This document shows positions 1 through 11,251 of a DNA stretch of 64,000 nt, piece after piece. Under the pieces are notes generated by a model. It was not told the origin of the DNA, made no database searches, and saw only the letters and a list, made by a program, of their open reading frames with translations. Position 1 is the first letter of the stretch; each line of letters begins with the position of its first letter. This DNA comes from Antechinus flavipes (Eukaryota): the NCBI RefSeq assembly GCF_016432865.1, contig NC_067401.1, positions 65,844,001 to 65,908,000 on the forward strand, written 5' to 3'. The position numbers were made by a program, and so were the translations under genes.

Positions 1-819
1 TGTGGAACCCTTCAAAAGCTTTTAGAGCTCAGTCTCACTTTAGTACTCAAAAATATGCATTGATATTTATTGTCCCATTATTGTTGGCTAAGTTTTCAAG
101 TAGTTAGCAGAGGGAATAGATTCCTTCTAACACAGGTAGTACATTGCAGAACTGCTAGTTACCTAAACTGGGATAATTTATGGGAAAAGAATAAAAAGGA
201 CTGGAATATATTCATAGAAACCTAGCTCTTGAAAGGGAAGGCATGGGATTTAAAATGGGGAGCCCCAAATTCAACTTCCCAGTCTACCATTTGTGTGAGT
301 TGGATCACTTTCTTTCCCTATACCTAATTTTTTTGTCTGTAAAATGGTAGACCTGGAAAAGATGATTTCTGAAGTTCCTCTAATTCTAAATTTTACGATC
401 TTAGATGCCATTTTGTTCAGCCCTTGATTTTACAGATGAATAAATTGCCTTTGACCCTATGCTGGTCAATGTTTTTATCAGTGATGTGACCTAGAAACAT
501 AGATGGCATATTTGTCGTAATTTCAGATGTCAGGAAACAGAAGATAATATTTAACACATTGCAAAACAGAGTCCAAAAGATCATTATAGGCCAAAATGAT
601 GGGTTGACTCTAACAAGATGAAAGGTAATTAGGATAAGTATAAATTAGTAAGATCATAAGATTTAGAGCTAGACAGGACTTTGGAAACCCTTGTCATTTT
701 TTAGATAAGGCAACAGAGGCACAGAAAAGTTAAGTGATTTGCTCAGGATCACAGAGGTAACTCATACTGATGAAATCACAGATTAAAAACTCCGACTGAA
801 AAACTATAGAATTTCTGAG

Positions 820-1560
820 TCAGTTGGTTAGTCAATAAGCATTTAAGTGTTTACAATGTTCCAGGCACTATGCTAAATTCTGAGAATAAAAAGGAGGATA
901 AAAGACAGTCTCCATTCTCAAGGAACACACAGTCTAGTGGGAGAAACAACACGCAAACAACTATGTAAAATAAGCTATATACTGAATAAATTAGAAACAA
1001 CTGAAAGATTAATTAGAATTAATAAAAAGTGAGAAAGGCTTCCTTTAAAATGTAGAATTTTAGCTAGGACTAGAAGGAACCCTGAGAAGCCAGGAGGCAG
1101 AAATGAGTAGATTCAGCCAATCAAAATACCTAGAGTCAAAATGGAGTACTGTGCTTAAAGAGGGAACTAGGATGGTAAAGTGCTCCATGCTCATGTCATG
1201 TGAATTGACAAAGTTAGAGACATTTATCTGGGAGAAGAGAAGATTCAGGTTGTGATAAGATAGCCTCTTCAAATATTTGAAGGCTATTACTGTGTGGAAA
1301 AGGAATTATACTTGTTCTGTTGTACCCCAAAGGGCAAAACCAGAAGGAATGTGTCAAAGTTGCCAAGAAGTCTAAACTTAAAGTCAGAAACTTCTTAACA
1401 ATTAGGGATCTCAAAAATGGAATGGACTCCCCTGAATCCTTTTGGGTTTTCTCTTCTTAGAGATAGATACGCTATTATATGACTACTTGTAAGATGGATA
1501 TGTTCCTTTGGGGCTTGGGATCGCTAAATGGCCTCAGAGGACCTTCCAAGTTTGATATTT
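820..1560 (+). mobile_element. L2 3' fragment followed by a CR1/L3 3' fragment
   Basis: AGTCAATAAGCATTTAAGTG...CCAGGCACTATGCTAAA (L2 end); GGAGAAGAGAAGATTCAGG...TCTTCAAATATTTGAAGG (CR1/L3). Confidence 0.55.
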
Positions 1561-2659
1561 TCTGCAATATTATTAAGTCATTCAACAGACAATTAGAGAG
1601 TGACTGCTACAGCTAAAATCCCGTGCTATTTTCCTGTACTACTTTAAAGAATATTATTATTATTATCACTGTCAACTTATGAGGGGAAATGTCTATTAAA
1701 ATGCTAAACACTAACAAAAGTTTAATAAAGTATTTTAAAATGGCTGTTACCACCTATGATCCTAAAATCTCCCTGAATTAAAACAATCAACAAATATTCA
1801 TTAACCACCCACTATATGTGGCACTGTTCTAAGAGCTAGAATCACACAGAAGAACCTAAAATGGTCCTTGGCTTCAAGAAGCTCAGAGTACACTGGAAGA
1901 CACATGTTCATAGACAAGTAAATACAGGATATATGAAAATAGGATGATTTGGCGTAGGACAGTATTAATAACTGGGCAAATCAGAAAAGTCCCCTTGAAG
2001 GATATACCTGAGTTGAACCTTGAAAGAAACAAGGGATCCAAGAGACAAAACAGAGAAAGGAATATATTCCAGGCATGGCGGCAGCCTGTGCAAAAGCATC
2101 AAGGTGGTGGAATGCCACATACAAGGAAGATAAGCAGTCCAGTTATTAGCTGGAATGTGGCACCTAGGCAGGCTGGAAAAATAGGCCAGATTCTGAAAAC
2201 ATTTAATGTTCAACTGAAGAAGAATGAACAGATCTGTACTGAGAAGGGTTCTTCCATATGTAACTTTCCTAATATTTAAAAAAATCGCTTGACTATTTCA
2301 AAGACAGCATAAATATGAAATAAAGTTACAAAAATAACTATCTGATAAATCTCAATTTTCATATATTGAGATTTCTTAAAACCAGATGCTATTACAAGGA
2401 GTGGCTTAAGAGCCAATCTCAACAATATTTTGTCAGATGACCTTATCACAATTCTCTTCTCACAAGCTCCCAGAAATATATGGAGTGTGTTTCCCAGGCA
2501 ACAAAAACATTGATAGTGGTTTACAGTATGAGAACATAAAGTTGGTAATATGAAGGAATTAGACAAAACATTGTGAGAACATAGTTTTAAGGTAATCTCT
2601 AGAACAGAGAAACTGGGCTCAATCGAGACATGGATCATAACATCATACTTTATGATTCT

Positions 2660-3650
2660 TGACTCTATCCTCTCCCTACAAACTAGAGTTGGTTCTTTTT
2701 TAGCTCTTAAATCTGTGAAAGACCTCAGCTTAAAAAAGCAAGGGTTTCCCACTGTGTGAATCCAGGGCTATCTCCTACTGTCTTGATCCACTGGGTCACT
2801 CGACCTAGATGGTTCTGGAGGGAAAGTGAAGCTAATAGCTTTGCACAGCCCTCCTTCACTTACATCTTGTTCACTTGGATGTCATGACATAATCTCCCTG
2901 ATATCATGGTCCTCTTTGAGAATGAATGACAAACAACAATCTCAATGATTAGTAGTAGGAGCTGTCCCATTGGGGACCCAAATGGAACTGGCCAGTTGGA
3001 GACCAAAGCTCTTTTTTTTTTCTTTTTCTTTCTTTCTTCTTTCCCTTCCCTTCCTTCTACAAAAGGTATCAATAACTGATTCTTAACTGAGGGTGCTCTT
3101 TCCAAGGGAATGTAAAGTTTGATCACTGAAATTTCTCAAGATATCTTGGAATTTACAGGTTGGATTTCTTAAGAACCATTCTTTAAACCCACATCACTCT
3201 GGCTTTCATTGGTCACAACAGGTCCCAGACCAAGCCCCTTTTGATTATTGTTTGGATTCTAACTGGTTCAGATAGCAATTGTTTCTTTTTGTTCAGAAAC
3301 CCTGATGGTCTCCCCCTTCCAGATTAATTTCTTTTTTTTTACTAGGTAAAAGAGGCTATTTTCTGTCTCATTTATCACATAGCCTTAATCACTGATTGGA
3401 CATTGCCTCAGTTTAACTGAGATCTGTTAAAGACATTAGCTTAAGAAGGCCAAAGTCTCCCACTGCATCCTGGGTTATCTCCAATCATACTAATCTATAT
3501 CTTGCTATTTGACCCAGATGACTCAGGAGGAAAATATTAGGCTAGTAACTTTTCAGCCCTCCCTCACTTAAATCTAATTCATTTGCATGTCATGACATAT
3601 CTTCCCTGATGTCATGGTCCTCTTTTAGAATGAAGGACAAACAATAACAC
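2660..3650. repeat. Two adjacent copies of a marsupial interspersed repeat (MdoRep1-like)
   Basis: An about 90-bp block CCCTCC.TCACTTA.ATC...ATGTCATGACA...CATGGTCCTCTT..AGAATGAA.GACAAACAA occurs at about 2849-2940 and about 3557-3648. Confidence 0.6.
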
Positions 3651-3889
3651 TCTTGGTCAATCAGTCAATAAGCATTGAGCCCTTACTATGTTAATGTGCA
3701 AGGCAAGAAGGAAGGAAATAACTAGCCAAAGACCAAACTATAACTGAGGAACCAAAGCTATGACATGGGAGTTGAGGGAAAAGGAAGAGGAAAGGTGTTT
3801 GAATCTTTTTCATGAAAGCTCAGATTCTTTGGAAAGCCAAGGAGGAGAGGGCCAGAAGAGATTTTGGAATAACTGAAGAAATTGGTGGT

Positions 3890-4400
3890 ATATGATTATA
3901 TGTTGTTACATAAACACAATAAAAAGTCTTACATAAACTGATATGAAGTGAAATGAGCAGAACCAAGAAAATATTTTACACAGTAACAGCAATATAATAC
4001 AATGAACAACTGTGAATAGCCTAGCTGTTCTCAGCAATACAATGATTCAAGATAATTCAAAAAGATTCTTGGAAAATACTATATAAGTCTAGAGAAAGAT
4101 ATTGTTTAGACTAAATCATACAATTTTTCCCGTTCATTGGTTCATTGTTTTATTCCTTCTTTCCTTCCTTCCTTCCAATCTTCCTTCCTTCTGTCCTTCC
4201 TTCTTTCCTTCTTTTTCCTGTCTTTCTGTTTGTTTTCTTGCACAAAATAATTTCTATGGAAATTTTTTACATGATTGCACATGTATAATCTATATCAGAT
4301 TGTTTATTGTCTCAGGAAAGGAAAGGGAGAGAAGGGAGAGATAGAATTTGGAATTCCACACTTTAAAAACATTAAACAAAAACAATGTTTAAAATAGTTA
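3890..4400 (+). mobile_element. Old L1 3' fragment containing a TTCC-rich simple repeat
   Basis: GAAGTGAAATGAGCAGAACCAAGAAAATATTTTACACAGTAACAGC L1 3' motif. Confidence 0.65.
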
Positions 4401-7400
4401 TGAGGAGGTATAAAACATTGGTTTAAAAAAGGAAGGAATGCCTCAAAATATTAAAAAAAAAATAACACAAATCAAGTCAATTATTCTATATCAAAGACAT
4501 ATTTATTCTTTCACTAAGTAGCAGAATTTTAAGAGTAAAAAGCACTTTAAAGTAACAACAGAATACAGTGGAAAGAACATGGGTTTGAACCTACTTTTGA
4601 TTATCATTATGTTTCTCTCCTTGGACGAATTCACTTAATGACTTTATATGTGACCTTGAGCAAGCCACTTAGTATTCATAGGCTTCAGTTTCTTCAATGT
4701 GAAAAGAGAAAATTGGAGACATGGTGGCTCCTGAAGGTCCCTTCTTTTTTTAAAAAGATGTACAATTAACAAAAATATTTTTCTCCCTCCCATTTTTCCC
4801 CTTCCCCATCGAAATAAAAAAGGAAAACATGCATAATCAAGCATAATCATTGGCCATGTCAAAAAAATATATGTCTATCTGTACCTAATCTATCACCTCT
4901 GATATCCCTTTTAGCTCTAAATTTGTAATGATAGTCTAACTTCTTTACAGATGAGCAAATTAATTTATTCATAGTCACACAGATAATTGTAATAGCAGTG
5001 TTATACCAATAATAATAGCACTTACATAGTGCTTTAAGGTTTGCAAAGCATTTCATCATATGTTAACTTCTTTGATTAGTGACAGAGATAGAGATAAAAT
5101 TCAGATCTCATTTCCTAATTCAATGTTCTTTCTACTATTCCTTGGTTAGTATATAATGCAAATGATTGAAATGTCTGCATGTGTAGGATGAGGTTAAAAT
5201 AGAAAGAGAAGAGAAAGGACTAAGATTTTTATCTATGAGGAACAGAAAAAGATACTTAAGTACTTGGTGGGTAGGTGACACTGTGAATGGATTTCTGAAC
5301 TCATCAGGAAAATCTGAGTTTAAATCCTGCCTTAGATACTTATTAGCTGTTTGACCCTGGACAAGTCACTTAACCACTTTCAGCATAAGCCTGTTAATCT
5401 GTAAAAACAAAGATAATATTTGCACAAGGTTATTGGGAAGTTTAAATGACATAACATGAAAAATGCTTGCAAGCCTTAAAACATTAAGTGTTAACTATCA
5501 TTATTATTATTACAATTTTCCCCACTTAGATGGGAGCCAGATTTGTTATCTTTCAAGTCACCCAAGGCCATTATCTATTTTTGCAGATAGGTTGAGAAAG
5601 ATGTAATGAGAAGCAAAAGAAGATTAGAATTGATTTTTTAAAATAATGAAACAGTCAATCCACATTTCTGAGTTTCTTTATATTTGGACAAATTTCTCTT
5701 AGCTTTTGGTAAGAGAATAAGAAAATTATGCAACAAAGAAGTTAATAAAACCAAATTATTTTGTGGTTAATTAGTACAATTCAATTCTTTCTGTCTCTAA
5801 AGCTATGGCTAATTACAAAATTAAGACAATTGATGCCTCTTTGTGGAAAAAGAGTGGGATAAAGATCAAATATGTCTCTGAGAATCCTAGTTCAATTTCC
5901 TCAGAGGAATTCCTTAAAGGTTTTTCACTTAAATGGTCCAATTAGACTCTTGACATCTTGATCTGGAAAGCAGCATTTCTTTTTGTACACACATCATCCT
6001 TGCTACCAAATTGTAAGAACAGACAGACTCATGAGTAATTTAAACCTTTTTCAACATCATGGCTTCATGGAAGAAAGCATACAAAGCTGCCGACTCTACT
6101 TCTTTCCTAATTCATTATTTTTCCAAATAATATTATATAATTATATATATATATATAAATATATATATATATTATAATTTGGTGACCAAGGAAGAAATTT
6201 CAAAGCACCAAAATTTAGAAGGACATGCTTTCTTTCCTGGTGGACTTTAGGTCCATTGTCCCTGCACCTCAAAGTTTTTTGTTAGTTCTGCATCTTCTTC
6301 CTGATTCACTCCATCAAAATAAATGTTCTTGCTCCTTCACCTACTTCTAGACTTCCATTCCAGATCATAAGACTCTTTCTCAGACCCCCAATGACTTAGC
6401 TGCCCATTGCCATACATGGTGCACATTCTTCCCAAATCTTGGAATTGAAGGAAACAATTACTGTGCCTCTATCCAACAAAGTGATCCCTACAACTGCATT
6501 GTCTTGAGTGCAGGTCAGACCTTTTAGGGGACAAATTATCCATTCTCACCTCACTGTCTCACTACTAAAAGCTCAGTGGAAGCTAAATGGTACAATAGTA
6601 CTGATGGTACAATGGAGATAAGATCTATCTTATACTGGAAGTGAAACTTCAAGACTTTTCTACAACCCAAATGAATTTTGCTCCAACCTGACCCTATTCT
6701 GCTCTTTCCTTGAGTAATGGCCCTACCAAGTATCAGCTTTTCAGTCCTTCCACAATTCATCTTTGTGAGGTCTCCTCCCTATGCTTGGACATAGTTTTTC
6801 CATAGTTGTCAGAACATCTAGTTATGGTTCTGACATTAGCTCCCATTTTCTTCCTATTTCTCCTTGTAATCATAAGTGATTTTCTTCTTCCCAATTCATA
6901 TTATGATATCATAGAATTTAGAACTGACCATTATTCCAGAGATCATTTATTGCAACGGTACCATTTTTTAGATAAGGAAAGTAAGTAGTTTGGGATGAGT
7001 AGTAAAACTAGAATTTGAAGCCAGATCATTTGACTTCCGGAAATGACAGCTAAACCAAAAGATCTAGATAACAAATTCTAGGTTTATCTATAACATAAAC
7101 ATAACTTCCACAAAAATATCATTTGTAGTATTTGGAAGCCTGAGAAATTAAAATATCCTTCTAGGACATTTGGTCAAATGTTTCTGCAGAACATTAACCA
7201 GAAAGGGACCCCCTATAGAATTTTGTTTATGTCCTTTAGATGTGACATTACACTAAAGCATGGACCATAGGATTTCTTTGACTCTTTAGAAAATTCTTCT
7301 TTTTGACATTTATACCACTGAGGAAAAAAAATAACAGCTACCAGTCATCTACCACCATTACTTTTAAGAAGGGAAAAATGAAAACATCTATAAAGTTCTA

Positions 7401-10163
7401 CTAATTATATGGAACAAAAATAACATATCAGTCTATTTATAAGAGGAAAAAAAATCACTAGTCCACAAAAGTACCCTCTCACTCATCTTCTCTCTACACA
7501 ACACAATTGATGATCTAATAATAACAGAAGACATAAAATCAACATTCTTTATGATTGATCCATTGAAAATTATTACTGGTTCTGAATCCAAAGGGATAAT
7601 CTTGTTATCACAAAGGCACGTTTGAATGATAACACAATTATCATCACTAAAAATTCCACTGGCTGTTAAAGAAGAACCCCCACAAGTTTATCCGCACAGT
7701 TCTTATCCTATAAATCTCATAACTGAAAGAGTATGAAGCGTTAGACCCACTGAAATCTATAAATGGATCTCTATACATGGATCTCTAAGTAATTTCATGA
7801 AACAACCTGGTCCCAAATGAATGTCAAAATTCCACTAACCTCCAATTTGTGGGGCCCATACTTCCTCTTCTTCATAAGGGTATCCACCTGGGCTATAAGG
7901 ACCCCACATATTCTGAGTTACCTTTTCATCCTTTTAGATGGCACAAACCTGTTATCCCCAGGTGAGAAGACAGGAGAATTCGGTGCGATCACATGGTAAA
8001 GCCCAGTATTTGATTACCTTCTATCAGTTAGATTATGGGGTTAAAGAACCAGATCCGATTTCACCCTGGAAGCTCTCAGAAATTCTAATGGCAAGGCAAG
8101 GTGTGTGTGACAGTGAGCGCATGCGCTATCTTGAGAAAATACAAAACTTTCCTAAAGGGGAAAAAAATAACAGCAACCTATCCTCAAAATGGACCCTCAA
8201 AAAACCTTCCCTGAAAACTTGACAATCGAAAGAAGAGTATCCGAAACTTTTAGAGGACAGAAGGGAAAGTATACTACTTAACTGGCTGCAACTGCCTATA
8301 TTTTGGACTATGCTCAGGTTTGCTGTGCTGAGACCCAGCTCAGCATTAGATTTGAGCCAGAGACAGAGCAGAATTAGACTTGACCTGAAGTTTAAGCCGG
8401 TTCAATTTACTAGTTCTGCGCATGGCCAACAGGAGGAATTCAGGAGTACTGTATATCATGACACACCAGCTGATCTGACCAGATTAGGAGGTGTTCCTCA
8501 AACTGTTTTGAATTGATATGCACTAGTTTGAACCACCCATAGTCTAGCTCTTGCAACTCCAATAGAACCTTAAGGGTGGGGGAGGGAAGACTGGAATCCA
8601 TAGAATGATAGAAGTAGCTGAAAGGTGTCAAAAGATTATAGATTTTTGACCTGGAAGGGTCATCATGAGAGATAGGGGAGTGAAGTGAAATATGAACTTC
8701 ATATGAATTTAAATCCTGACTTCCTCATTCATTTCTGTGTCACTTTGGACAAGTCTCTTGAACTCAAGAAATAAAATTTGTGTAACATGCTAAGTTCTTT
8801 ATAAATATTATCTCATTTGATCAACACAATAGGTTATTTGACTATTATCATCTCTTATACTTGAAAACACTGAGACAAGCAAAGTTTAAGTGGCTTGCCT
8901 GGGCCACTCAGCTGATATCACATTTGAACTCAAGACTCTAGACTCCAGATCACTTATGCTATCCACTAGGCTGCCTCATTGCCCCAGGACTAGATAACCC
9001 TGGAGTTCTCTTTTACTCTAAATCTCTGACCACTTCCCCTTCCCCGATTTTGCCAAAGAATAAAATGAAGAGTAAAGAGATTAAGTGACTTGTCCAGAAT
9101 TCAGTTTCTCTGACTCCATAATTCCAGCTCTCCGTCCGTATCACCATCCTGCTTTTTTAAAGGTTGTCTAACTCAACCAGGAACTTCTACATTCCTAGCA
9201 ACTGTTATCCAAGAGACCTCAAAATATAGGAACTCCTCCCACTGGACAGCTCTTTCCACTTTGAGATGCCTTTAGTTGTTAGGAAGTTTTTCTTTTATCA
9301 AACCTAAACTTGCCTTCTTTTCATCATCTACCCATTCCTTCTGGTCCTGTTAGGTGGCCATCTGCAATAAGTATAATTTGTCTTTCATAAAAGTCTTTCA
9401 AATTCTTGAAGACACAAGGGAACAATAGAATTCAGAGAACAAGACTCAGGATTAGGAGTTAGAGGGATGATTTGAATCCTAATTCTGTTTCTTACCTTGG
9501 ACAGGTCACATTACCAACCACAGGTCTCAATCATCTTATCCACAAAACAAGGAAGTTTGACTCCTATAGTTGTAAAATCCTTTTCAGCTCTCTTAATCCT
9601 ATGTTCTTACCTTCTCTCAGATTAATATTATTTTTCGCCTCTTCACATGGCATGATTAACCCAATTTACCACTCCTTTTCTCTTCTCCCAGTACAATCTT
9701 TTTTCCACTCCTAATTTCTTTTTTAAATCATCTCAGATTCTGAATACTCATATGGCATAATTCTAGTCCCCCCTCCTCAATACTTACTCTGAATTGAAAG
9801 GAACTTCAGAGTTCCTCCAAATCAACCAGGATCTGAGTAATATCCCCTCCTAAAATATTCTCTGAAAGTGGCCACTTTTCCTTCACTTGAAGATTTGGAG
9901 CAATAGAGACCTCATTCATCTTTTTACAAGGCAGCTAGCTGATACAAGTAGAAAGCAAGTTTTCCTGTAATTAGGAAGACCTGAATTCAAAGCCTGCCTC
10001 AATGCTTCATGGCTGAGTTGACCCATGGCAACTGAATTAACCTCACTGAATTTAACTCAGTTTCCTCTTCTGTAAAATTAGAATATTGATAGTATCTACC
10101 TCAAAGGGTTGTTGTAAGGATTAAATGAACCAACATGTATAAAGTGCTTTGCAAACATTAAAG

Positions 10164-10371
10164 CAAGGGAGGGAAACTTTTTTCTGCCAAGGGCCATTGG
10201 GATATTTATAACATCATTGGTGGGCCATTCAAAATTGTCAAGTTATAGAACTCAAGCAGTAAGAAGCTGTTGTATCTAGTTTTCAGCTCATCATCACTTG
10301 CAGTTGCCTCAGCAAATGATTTCACCCATTAAATAATTTAAGGGCTAGATGTTCCCCCCCTTCCTGCCCTG
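10164..10371. mobile_element. hAT (Charlie-type) MITE with a perfect 8-bp TSD
   Basis: CATTAAAG at 10156-10163 and 10372-10379; degenerate CAGGG..GGGAAC / GTTCCCC..CCCTG termini; interrupts a MIR-like SINE. Confidence 0.8.
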
Positions 10372-10949
10372 CATTAAAGTACAAGCTTACTATTCCTCTT
10401 TTTGTCATATTGGTGCTGTTTTTAAATGTTGTTATCACTTCCTAGGGATGGCACTCCAGTGACCAGAACCTACTATTTAACAAAATAGTAAAATTAAGCA
10501 AAACAAATTAAACCCATTTGACCATGTCCAACAATGGATGGCTTATATTCTGCCCCTGTAATCCACTACTTTTCTCCCCAAAAGAAGGTGTACTTCACCT
10601 TTAAACTCTGAATTCATCACTTGTCCCAGCATTGATCAAAGAGCTGGTGTTTTTCAATACATTATTGGAAACTATAGATTTATTAAGATACTAGTCACCC
10701 TTCTTTATGCCCCTTTCCAATGACCTTCCTATTTTTATGTCCTGAATTGGGACTGTGAGTGATCTCTATTATTGCAGCTATTTAAAGCAACAGATCGAGA
10801 AAGTTTTGCTTAGAGCTTCTTCTGCAAAAACATAAAGTCCCCTACACAAAGGCTAAATGCCTATTACTACTACTACTACTAATAACAGTTTGAATTTACC
10901 TAAACATTTTGTAAAGCACTTTGCAAACATAATCTCATTTGATTCTTTA

Positions 10950-11251
10950 ATTTTTTTTTTCTTAAAGATTGGATCTCCCTCACTCAGTCTGGAAGTGCAT
11001 GAGCCTGATCCCACTAGTGATCAGTACAGGTAACTTTGACCAGCTCCTTTTCAGCCCTGGGCCTGTTCAACCCTCTTTAGAGAAAAATTTTGGTCCTCCA
11101 ATCCTGAAGTGGGAAATTCCACCATATTGATGCCAGACTTAATGAAAATACCCAGTCATAGCTCATTGCCGCTCAGAATTCCAGAGCTCAAGAGACCCAC
11201 AAGATCCAGCATCTCTTACAGCTAGAATTACAGGTTTCTCAACATGCCCAA
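10950..11251 (-). pseudogene. RN7SL: 7SL (SRP RNA) retrocopy / 7SL-derived SINE
   Basis: Minus strand carries 7SL S-domain motifs GGCATCAATATGGTG (11134-11120) and TGATCACTAGTGGGATC (11023-11007), Alu-domain-like ends and a poly-A tail; heavily diverged. Confidence 0.85.

Noticed and set aside
7938-8222. 94-aa ORF MAQTCYPQVRRQ...
   Set aside because: No recognisable homology; the region is better explained as regulatory or exon-boundary sequence.
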